Assembly: GCA_934270565.1 (NCBI GenBank)
Contig: CAKQPR010000005.1
Span: 20,249-84,248 of the forward strand
Length of the DNA: 64,000 nucleotides
Direction: 5' to 3'
Source of the DNA: an uncultured Clostridia bacterium
GTDB taxonomy: Bacteria > Bacillota > Clostridia > Christensenellales > Pumilibacteraceae
Part shown: piece after piece, positions 9,947-16,554 of the stretch
Layout: the number at the start of each line of letters is the position of its first letter
Position numbering within the stretch: position 1 is the stretch's first letter
Program-made: the position numbers and the translations under genes
Notes under the pieces: model-generated
Database searches by the model: none
Seen by the model: only the letters and a program-made list of their open reading frames with translations
What the model was told of the DNA's origin: nothing

Positions 9947-10852
9947 ATGATTAAATTCAACAACAGGGAAGATATTATCGCGCTTACGCCGCTCTGGAAG
10001 GGGAAAAGACTTCCTGACGGCAGACCGTGGGTTGACGATAAATACATCAAAAAGATGCACAAAATGACGCTCGAGGAGCTCTGGAAGCCGATTTTCGTCA
10101 AAGGGTACGAAAGTCAGTTCGAGGGCAACCTCAGAACACTCCACGACGACGGCAGAAAACTTATCGGTCGTGCGGTGACTTGTTCGTTTGTGCCGAGCCG
10201 TCCGGATCTGCACGACGTAATGTTCGGCGTGGGTGCGGCTGAAGGCAGAAAGGGCAACTACAATCAGTGGGTTATCGACGAGCTTGTCGACGGCGACGTT
10301 GTCGTTGCCGATATGTATGACAAAATTTATAAGGGCACGTTTGTCGGCGGAAATCTTACCACCGCGATCAAGGCTAAAACAAAAACAGGCGGCGCGGTTA
10401 TCTGGGGCGGCGTGAGAGACGTCGAGCAGATGAAGCAGGTCGAGGACGTTCAGGTTTATTATCGCGGAATCGATCCGACGCCTATCCGTGACTTTATAAT
10501 GAAAGACTATAACGGCGTTACGCGTATCGGTAAAGCCACGGTTCTCCCCGGTGATATAGTGTTCGGCGGAGGCGGAGGCGTTTTGTTTATCCCGTCGCAC
10601 CTCGTTGCGGAAGTCGTTGACGGCGCGGCTAAAACACACGTCAAAGACGATTTCGGATTCGAAATGATCGCACAGAACAAGTTCACGACTGCGCAGATCG
10701 ATCGCGCTACGTGGACGGAGGAAATGCTCGATATGCTCGTCGAGTGGATAAAGACCGATCATCGCGGCGAAAAATACCGCGATCTCGACTGGTCGCCCGA
10801 ATACGACGCGGCTCGTAACGGCGATCCGAACGACACGCAAACAATGCTTTAA
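9947..10852 (+). CDS. RraA-family protein (RraA / HMG-CHA aldolase-like fold), long form
   Basis: Core FVGGNLTTAIKAKTKTGGAVIWGGVRDVEQ resembles the RraA signature (GG..A......G..G.VIDG.VRD). 301 aa with N- and C-terminal extensions. Confidence 0.7.
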   Translation: MIKFNNREDIIALTPLWKGKRLPDGRPWVDDKYIKKMHKMTLEELWKPIFVKGYESQFEGNLRTLHDDGRKLIGRAVTCSFVPSRPDLHDVMFGVGAAEGRKGNYNQWVIDELVDGDVVVADMYDKIYKGTFVGGNLTTAIKAKTKTGGAVIWGGVRDVEQMKQVEDVQVYYRGIDPTPIRDFIMKDYNGVTRIGKATVLPGDIVFGGGGGVLFIPSHLVAEVVDGAAKTHVKDDFGFEMIAQNKFTTAQIDRATWTEEMLDMLVEWIKTDHRGEKYRDLDWSPEYDAARNGDPNDTQTML

Positions 10853-10866
10853 TTTATGGGAAAATA

Positions 10867-10906
10867 AATCGTCGAGGCGAATAAGCTTCGGCGATTTTTT
10901 CGTTTT
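10867..10906 (+). terminator. Intrinsic terminator after the RraA-like gene
   Basis: 12-bp stem (two G-U pairs) 10867-10878 / 10885-10896, 6-nt loop, then a T-run. Confidence 0.65.
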
Positions 10907-10958
10907 GTACGTGGTAATTACATGTTTTTACTAAATAAAAAAACTTGCGCGCAAACGA

Positions 10959-10987
10959 TAGACTTAACGTTTTCGATATGATATAAT
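10959..10987 (+). promoter_or_regulatory. Candidate promoter for the BNR protein gene: TAGACT-17-(TGa)TATAAT
   Basis: Extended -10 TGATATAAT at 10979-10987 and a partial -35. Confidence 0.45.
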
Positions 10988-11018
10988 GTCGATATAAAAA
11001 ATTCCCGATCGGAGAAGA

Positions 11019-12737
11019 ATGATGAATACCACCGATTTTCTTGAAAAGATGAAATCGCTTTTAGACGGCGATCCCGACGCGAAAATTCAGTTCAACGACA
11101 TTTACGAGCCGCGTAGCGTTGCCGTCGTTCCCGAGGACGCGTGGCGTTCGCTTCTTGTGACGAAAGACGGCTACATAAGATATTACGGCCGCTATTTTGA
11201 CGACAGAAAGGAAGAATACCCCGAATGTTACATAGAATCGCGCGATTGCGGCGTTTCGTGGCGCACGCATTTTCCGAAGAATAAAACCGCGATCGGTGCT
11301 TCGGCTTACGTTCCTTTTCTCGATAAATATTGCGCGATGCGTTCGGCAGAGGGTAAAGGCACGTTTTTCTATGCTGCCGATTCGCCCGACGATACGCCGA
11401 CCTGCGTCAAAGTTTGCGACGAAGAATATATCGATTTCCGCCTGCCGTTTACGCTGAAAAGCAGAAACCGTATAATCGTTGTTACTCACGAGCGCCGTCC
11501 CGACGAACATCCGACCTGTTTTTACGCCGTGTTGTTTATTTCGGACGACGGAGGCAAGACTTTCAGAAAAATTACGCCGGAAATCGCACCGTATTATCCG
11601 AGAGCGTCCGAAAACGAAGGTGTTCGTTGGCAGCAGAATAATCGCGAAAATTCGATAGAGGAACTGACCGACGGAACGCTTATGATGATGTCGCGCACCG
11701 CGACCGATTATCATTACGTTACTTATTCGAAAGACGGCGGCGATACGTGGGATAAAATTCGCCCGTCCGTTTTCCATTCGACGGGAACAATGCCGTTTTT
11801 GAAAAAACTGTCGGACGGCAGATTGCTTTTCTTCTGGTGCAATACGAATTTGTTGCCCGAGCTCCCCGAGGCTGACGGGATCTGGGAGGACGTGTTTACG
11901 AATCGCGACGCTTCCCATTGCGCTATCAGCGAGGACGACGGAAAAACGTGGATCGGACTTCGCGAGTTCCGTCTGAATAATTTCCGTAATTGCCCCGATT
12001 TCCGCGCTCGCGGCGGTGTGAGTTTATACGATGGGGCGGACAAAAGCGTTCATCAGTTCGAAGTAATCGAACTTCCGTATGACAAAGTGCTGGTTGTGAG
12101 CGGGCAAAACAAAATTCTTCGCAGAGCAACGATCTTCGACATAAAATGGCTTTACGAAAAATCGCGCGAGGAAGATTTCCTGCTCGGACTAGGCAATATT
12201 TCGTCGCAGGTTTATATTAAGTCCGTTCTCGGCGGGTATCGATTGGGTTGCGCCGGACATTGCGCTTATAATCGCTTGCCGAGCGCGGTTATGATGCCGA
12301 ATCCGAACGTGAAGTTGCGGGAAGCTATGTACCTTACGTACCTCGACGACGATCGGCTTGTAAGCGGCGTGGCGGGAGCGGTCTGGAATTTTCCTGCGGC
12401 GAAGAAGGGTAAAGTCGTCGTCCGCGCTAAAATAAACGGTCAGCCACTGAGGGTTACGCTTCTCGATCGCTGGCTGAATCCGTGCGATCAGACGCTTGCG
12501 AACAATCAATCGGCAATCGTTCTGGAAAAGGTCGGCGCCGACGATTTCTTCGATTATGTTTTCTCGTTCGATGTCGAAAATCGCGTCGTTTCCGTCGTGC
12601 TACCGAACGGTGAAACCGAAAGCAAACAGTTACCGAATTTGCCTACGGGGATCAGCTATTTGCATCTTCAGATTGCGGCTACGGACAACGCCGAGGTGGG
12701 TGTGTATGTTTCACACTTGTCCTTTAAGGCGGAATAA
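11019..12737 (+). CDS. BNR/Asp-box repeat protein, sialidase-fold (GH33-like), no signal peptide
   Basis: Four Asp-boxes: SRDCGVSW, SDDGGKTF, SKDGGDTW, SEDDGKTW. An FRLP (FRIP-like) motif. Hydrophilic N-terminus. About 190-aa C-terminal extra domain. Confidence 0.75.
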   Translation: MMNTTDFLEKMKSLLDGDPDAKIQFNDIYEPRSVAVVPEDAWRSLLVTKDGYIRYYGRYFDDRKEEYPECYIESRDCGVSWRTHFPKNKTAIGASAYVPFLDKYCAMRSAEGKGTFFYAADSPDDTPTCVKVCDEEYIDFRLPFTLKSRNRIIVVTHERRPDEHPTCFYAVLFISDDGGKTFRKITPEIAPYYPRASENEGVRWQQNNRENSIEELTDGTLMMMSRTATDYHYVTYSKDGGDTWDKIRPSVFHSTGTMPFLKKLSDGRLLFFWCNTNLLPELPEADGIWEDVFTNRDASHCAISEDDGKTWIGLREFRLNNFRNCPDFRARGGVSLYDGADKSVHQFEVIELPYDKVLVVSGQNKILRRATIFDIKWLYEKSREEDFLLGLGNISSQVYIKSVLGGYRLGCAGHCAYNRLPSAVMMPNPNVKLREAMYLTYLDDDRLVSGVAGAVWNFPAAKKGKVVVRAKINGQPLRVTLLDRWLNPCDQTLANNQSAIVLEKVGADDFFDYVFSFDVENRVVSVVLPNGETESKQLPNLPTGISYLHLQIAATDNAEVGVYVSHLSFKAE

Positions 12738-12740
12738 GAT

Positions 12741-12792
12741 AAACAAAAACGGCGTACCGTGAATGAACCTGCGGTACGTCGTTTTTTTGTTT
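12741..12792. terminator. Bidirectional terminator between the BNR gene and the TSCPD gene
   Basis: AAACAAAAACGGCGTACCG ... CGGTACGTCGTTTTTTTGTTT: stem flanked by an A-run and a T-run. Confidence 0.75.
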
Positions 12793-12801
12793 CTGTTTTG
12801 A

Positions 12802-13083
12802 TTAAAGGTCGCGACTCGATTTTGTTTCGCCGTTTGCTTTTCTTTCCTTGTAGTCCTTAAGCGCTTTAGCGAGCTGATCGGGACAAGAGGTGTTCGCGCG
12901 GCATTTGATGCCTTCGAGCTTAGCGATAATGTCGTCGATTTTCATTCCGACGGCGAGGCGGGCAATACCTTGGGTGTTGCCGTTGCAACCGTTTACGAAT
13001 TTGAGCATTGTGAGTACGTCGTTGTCGTCTACGTCGAAGATGATTTCTCTTGCGCAAGTGCCTACTGTTCTGTAACTTTCCAT
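12802..13083 (-). CDS. Stand-alone TSCPD-domain protein (four-Cys, TIGR03905-like)
   Basis: MESYRTVGTC...FVNGCNGNTQG...IKCRANTSCPDQLAKAL. Start trimmed to the ATG at 13083, which is preceded by AAGGAG. The track start at 13155 adds an unsupported N-terminus. Confidence 0.8.
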   Translation of the reverse strand: MESYRTVGTCAREIIFDVDDNDVLTMLKFVNGCNGNTQGIARLAVGMKIDDIIAKLEGIKCRANTSCPDQLAKALKDYKERKANGETKSSRDL

Positions 13084-13097
13084 TTTGTTAAAACTCC

Positions 13098-13622
13098 TTA
13101 ATCTATTAGTTCTTCGTGAAGATGTCCGTAAATCTGAGCCGCCTTTTCCTCCCATTTGGAGTAGACGGATTTGGCGGTGTTTCTGTTTGCGACGTTCAGC
13201 TTGATTTCGAGCGTAGTCTGAACGGGGTCTACGATTTTTAACTGTACGGTGTAAGTTCCGTCGTTGTTTTTGTAGTAGTTGTGGTAATACTCCTGCTTAC
13301 GCCGCATCGTCATGCGGTTTTCTTTGATGTATTCGGTGATTTCGGCGCGAAGCGAAGAGGGGATACGCGCATAAAACAGCGATAGGCATTGCCTTCCGTC
13401 GGCGGTTATGTTGTAATAGCTGTTTTTTTCTTTACTCGATCTGTAAATAAAACCCGCTTCCTGAAGTTGGTTTATCGTTATCGTGCAGTCCATATAACTA
13501 AGCCATGCGTTGCGGCTCGTGCACATTTCGATAATCGTGTTAGCCGTAATGGGCACGTCCATCGTCTCGAAAACGTACAGCAATATAAGCTTATTCGTCG
13601 TTGACTCGTCCGTTAATTCCAT
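13098..13622 (-). CDS. DUF4364-family protein (winged-helix/PadR-like N-terminus)
   Basis: MELTDESTTNKLILLYVFETMDVPIT... resembles the Clostridial DUF4364 family. Start trimmed to the ATG at 13622, which is preceded by GGAGG. 14 bp upstream of the TSCPD gene. Confidence 0.7.
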   Translation of the reverse strand: MELTDESTTNKLILLYVFETMDVPITANTIIEMCTSRNAWLSYMDCTITINQLQEAGFIYRSSKEKNSYYNITADGRQCLSLFYARIPSSLRAEITEYIKENRMTMRRKQEYYHNYYKNNDGTYTVQLKIVDPVQTTLEIKLNVANRNTAKSVYSKWEEKAAQIYGHLHEELID

Positions 13623-13642
13623 CACGACCTCCGTACATTTTA

Positions 13643-13671
13643 TTATAGCATATTTTTGCCGAAAAATCAAA
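13643..13671 (-). promoter_or_regulatory. Candidate promoter for the DUF4364-TSCPD operon: TTGATT-17-(TGc)TATAAT on the minus strand
   Basis: Reverse complement reads TTGATTtttcggcaaaaatatgcTATAAT. Confidence 0.5.
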
Positions 13672-13698
13672 GAAAATGCAGCGAATTTTTGCAATTAT

Positions 13699-13727
13699 TG
13701 TCAACCTTAATTTGAATTCAGTTGACA
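13699..13727. promoter_or_regulatory. BirA operator-like inverted repeat TGTCAAC-N15-GTTGACA
   Basis: Perfect 7-bp arms at 13699-13705 and 13721-13727. The right arm contains the -35 of the birA promoter. Geometry resembles the Firmicutes BirA box (TGTwAAC-N-GTTwACA). Confidence 0.65.
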
Positions 13728-13750
13728 TAAGCCGTCGAAAGTTGTATAAT
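13722..13750 (+). promoter_or_regulatory. Consensus sigma-A promoter of birA-bioY: TTGACA-17-TATAAT
   Basis: TTGACA 13722-13727, TATAAT 13745-13750. Confidence 0.7.
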
Positions 13751-13767
13751 GACAGCGAGGTGCAAAT

Positions 13768-14718
13768 ATGAACGTAAAATCCGAAGTTCTCGGAACGTTG
13801 TATCAAAGTCGCGGGAAAACCGTATCGGGCGAATTTATCGCCGATAAACTCGGGATTTCGCGCGCGGCTGTCTGGAAAGCGATTAACGGATTGAAAAAGG
13901 ACGGTTATGCGGTTGTTTCCGAGAGAAACAAGGGGTATGTGCTGAGCGTGCGCGACGATAAGCTGAGCGCCGAGGGAATAGGTCTGCTTGCCTCTGATTT
14001 TCTGCCGTTTGTGTACGAAGAAATCGATTCCACCAACGACGAAGCGAAACGGTTCGCGATCGGGTATCCCGATAAAAACCTCATTGTTGCGGCAAATTCG
14101 CAACGATGCGGGCGCGGACGGCGCGGACGGTCGTTTTATTCGCCCGAAAGCACAGGCGTGTATTTCAGCGTGGTGATTCATCCCGAGATTTCGCCGGAAA
14201 AAAGCGTGCTTGTCACTACCGCGGCGGCTTTGGCAACTGCGGAAGTCATCGAGGAGCTTACGGGCAGACGCGCGCTTATAAAATGGATAAACGACGTATA
14301 TGTCGACGGTAAAAAATGCGTCGGAATTTTAACCGAAGCGACGCTTAATTGCGAAAGCGGCAGGTTTGACAACGTTGTTGTCGGTATCGGCGTAAACGTG
14401 ACGACGACAGAATTTCCCGCCGAGATTTCCGACCGTGCGGGCAGTATAGGCTCGGTTTCGCGTAACGAACTCGTCGCGAAAATCGCGGAGCGCCTTTTGC
14501 GTTACACCCACCCGCTCACCGGCGGGTTTATGCGCGAATACGAAAAAAGATGTTTCGTGATAGGCAAAACCGTTACCGTTCTTGAAAAAAGCGGCAGGGA
14601 ATATGTGGCAGAAGCGGTCGGGCTTACAGAGCTCGGAGAGCTTCTGGCGGAAACTCGGAACGGACAGAAATTAGTGCTTAACAATGAAGAAGTCAGCGTA
14701 AAGGCGGAACCCGTATGA
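13768..14718 (+). CDS. birA: Bifunctional biotin--[acetyl-CoA-carboxylase] ligase / biotin operon repressor
   Basis: N-terminal HTH (GEFIADKLGISRAAVWKAINGLKKDGY) and the ligase motif GRGRRGRSF. Confidence 0.93.
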   Translation: MNVKSEVLGTLYQSRGKTVSGEFIADKLGISRAAVWKAINGLKKDGYAVVSERNKGYVLSVRDDKLSAEGIGLLASDFLPFVYEEIDSTNDEAKRFAIGYPDKNLIVAANSQRCGRGRRGRSFYSPESTGVYFSVVIHPEISPEKSVLVTTAAALATAEVIEELTGRRALIKWINDVYVDGKKCVGILTEATLNCESGRFDNVVVGIGVNVTTTEFPAEISDRAGSIGSVSRNELVAKIAERLLRYTHPLTGGFMREYEKRCFVIGKTVTVLEKSGREYVAEAVGLTELGELLAETRNGQKLVLNNEEVSVKAEPV

Positions 14719-15332
14719 CAACGAAAAGATTGATAAGAATAAGTTATTTTACCATGCTCACGATAATAGGCGGGCTGTTGAAAATTCCCGTCGGAGAAGT
14801 GAGCTTTACGTTGCAAACGCTGTTTGTTATTTCCGCGGGAATGTTTCTCGGCGCGAAAGACGGCGCGGCGGCGCAACTCGTGTATATGATAATCGGACTT
14901 ATCGGGATTCCGGTGTTTACGCAGGGCGGAGGAATATATTATATTTTCAAGCCGTCCTTCGGCTATATATTAGCTTTTCCGCTCGGGGCGTTCCTTACGG
15001 GATTTCTCATTCAGCGAAGCAGAACGATACGCGGAATAAAGCTGTTTTTATTCGCGCTGGTCGGTCTCGTATCGATTTATATCATCGGAATGGCTTATCA
15101 GGTGATGATATTAGTGCTTGTAAACGGACTTTCGTTTGCCGCCGCGTGCGCAACGCTCGTAAGTATCCTTATTTATTTCGCGGTAGACGTCGTGACGGTT
15201 TACGTTCTGTCGCTGATTTTCCCGAAAATCAATACTTTAATAGGTTTGCAAAGTACTATGCAAAAACCGCGTCAACTTAATACCGAACTTAAAACCGATC
15301 CGCAAAATTTTACAGAAAACGACCGTTTATAG
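14715..15332 (+). CDS. bioY: Biotin transporter BioY (ECF S-component), with an unusual hydrophilic C-terminal tail
   Basis: Six-TM BioY-like sequence (LTIIGGLLKIPVG...PVFTQGGG). Overlaps the birA stop. The last ~30 aa are hydrophilic and contain palindrome copy C. Confidence 0.88.
   Translation: MTTKRLIRISYFTMLTIIGGLLKIPVGEVSFTLQTLFVISAGMFLGAKDGAAAQLVYMIIGLIGIPVFTQGGGIYYIFKPSFGYILAFPLGAFLTGFLIQRSRTIRGIKLFLFALVGLVSIYIIGMAYQVMILVLVNGLSFAAACATLVSILIYFAVDVVTVYVLSLIFPKINTLIGLQSTMQKPRQLNTELKTDPQNFTENDRL
15246..15263. repeat. Palindromic element copy C (TTGCAAAGTACTATGCAA, one mismatch to the core)
   Basis: Direct reading. Lies in the bioY 3' coding region and is read as LQSTMQ. Confidence 0.8.
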
Positions 15333-15349
15333 TAGCATAACATTAAAAA

Positions 15350-15400
15350 GCGCGACTGCAAAATACTATGCAATCGCGCTTATATTTCGCTTTTGTTTTT
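15350..15400 (+). terminator. bioY terminator hairpin whose interior is palindromic element copy D
   Basis: GCGCGA (15350-15355) pairs with TCGCGC (15374-15379) around cTGCAAAATACTATGCAA. A T-rich tail follows. Confidence 0.6.
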
Positions 15401-15414
15401 ATTCTTTATAAATA

Positions 15415-15452
15415 GCACAAAAAAGAGCGTAGCCGCAAGGGTTACGCTCTTT
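15415..15452 (-). terminator. Intrinsic terminator of fba (minus strand)
   Basis: 13-bp stem 15422-15434 / 15440-15452 with a 5-nt loop. The T-run on the minus strand is the complement of AAAAAA at 15419-15424. Confidence 0.75.
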
Positions 15453-15472
15453 CGATGCCGATATTCGGTTTA

Positions 15473-16402
15473 TTATGCCTTGCCGTTGCAGCCGAGAACG
15501 TCTACAAGCTTATGCTTAACGCACTGCTTGATAAGTTCGCGGGCAGGAGCGAGGTACTGACGAGGATCGAAGTGTGCGGGATTCTCGACGAAGTGCTTTC
15601 TGATAGCCGCGGTAAAGGCAAGACGAAGGTCGGAGTCGATATTGATCTTGCAGACAGCCATCGAAGCAGCCTTACGAAGCATATCTTCGGGAACGCCCTT
15701 TGCCCCGGGCATTGCGCCGCCGTACTGGTTGATCATCTCGACGTATTCGGGAATAACGCTGGACGCGCCGTGAAGAACGATGGGAAATTCGGGAAGGCGT
15801 TTGCCGACTTCTTCGAGAATATCGAAACGAAGTTTTGCTTCGCCCTTGAATTTGTACGCGCCGTGCGAAGTTCCGATTGCGATTGCAAGCGAGTCTACGC
15901 CGGTTTTGGATACGAATTCCTGAACCTGATCGGGATCGGTGTAGCAGGAGTCGGCTTCGGAAACGTTTACCGCGTCTTCGATTCCTGCAAGTCTGCCGAG
16001 CTCGGCTTCGACAACGACGCCGTGATCGTGAGCGTAATCGACAACCGATTTGGTGATCTTAACGTTCTCGTCGAAGGTGTGATGAGAAGCGTCGATCATT
16101 ACGGAAGTGAAACCGTCTTCGATAGCGGATTTGCAAAGCTCGTAGCTGTCGCCGTGATCGAGGTGAAGGCAGATGGGGAGTCCGCTGTCCTCAACGGCAG
16201 CCTCAACGAGTTTCTTGAGGTACTTGGGGTTGGCGTACTTTCTCGCACCGCTGGAAACTTGAAGGATAAGGGGAGCGTTTTCTTCTTTGCCCGCTTCGAC
16301 GATACCCTGAATCATCTCCATGTTGTTCACGTTGAAAGCACCGATAGCGTAACCGCCTGCGTATGCTTTTTTGAACATTTCTTTCGTTGTTACTAATGGC
16401 AT
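15473..16402 (-). CDS. fba: Class II fructose-1,6-bisphosphate aldolase
   Basis: MPLVTTKEMFKKAYAGGYAIGAFNVNN, LHLDHG, VLHGASS. Start trimmed to the ATG at 16402, which is preceded by GGAGG. Confidence 0.96.
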   Translation of the reverse strand: MPLVTTKEMFKKAYAGGYAIGAFNVNNMEMIQGIVEAGKEENAPLILQVSSGARKYANPKYLKKLVEAAVEDSGLPICLHLDHGDSYELCKSAIEDGFTSVMIDASHHTFDENVKITKSVVDYAHDHGVVVEAELGRLAGIEDAVNVSEADSCYTDPDQVQEFVSKTGVDSLAIAIGTSHGAYKFKGEAKLRFDILEEVGKRLPEFPIVLHGASSVIPEYVEMINQYGGAMPGAKGVPEDMLRKAASMAVCKINIDSDLRLAFTAAIRKHFVENPAHFDPRQYLAPARELIKQCVKHKLVDVLGCNGKA

Positions 16403-16432
16403 AACAAACCTCCAAAAAAAACTTTCGGCTAT

Positions 16433-16460
16433 ATTATACAATATTAAATTAAATTTGCAA
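16433..16460 (-). promoter_or_regulatory. Candidate fba promoter TTGCAA-16-TATAAT (minus strand)
   Basis: Reverse complement of 16433-16460 reads TTGCAAatttaatttaatattgTATAAT. Confidence 0.5.
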
Positions 16461-16495
16461 AGCGTTTTTGACTACTTTTTTGAGTTTTTAAACGT

Positions 16496-16524
16496 TTGAC
16501 TTTTTTCGCTTGCGGATATATAAT
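16496..16524 (+). promoter_or_regulatory. Candidate promoter TTGACT-17-TATAAT for the aminopeptidase gene
   Basis: TTGACT 16496-16501, TATAAT 16519-16524. Confidence 0.5.
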
Positions 16525-16554
16525 AAGTATAAAGAATTTTTTACGGAGAACGTT

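Noticed and set aside
15455-16396. 313-aa + strand ORF covering the fba locus.
   Set aside because: It is antisense to an unmistakable class II aldolase and is another codon-aligned shadow ORF with no recognisable motifs.
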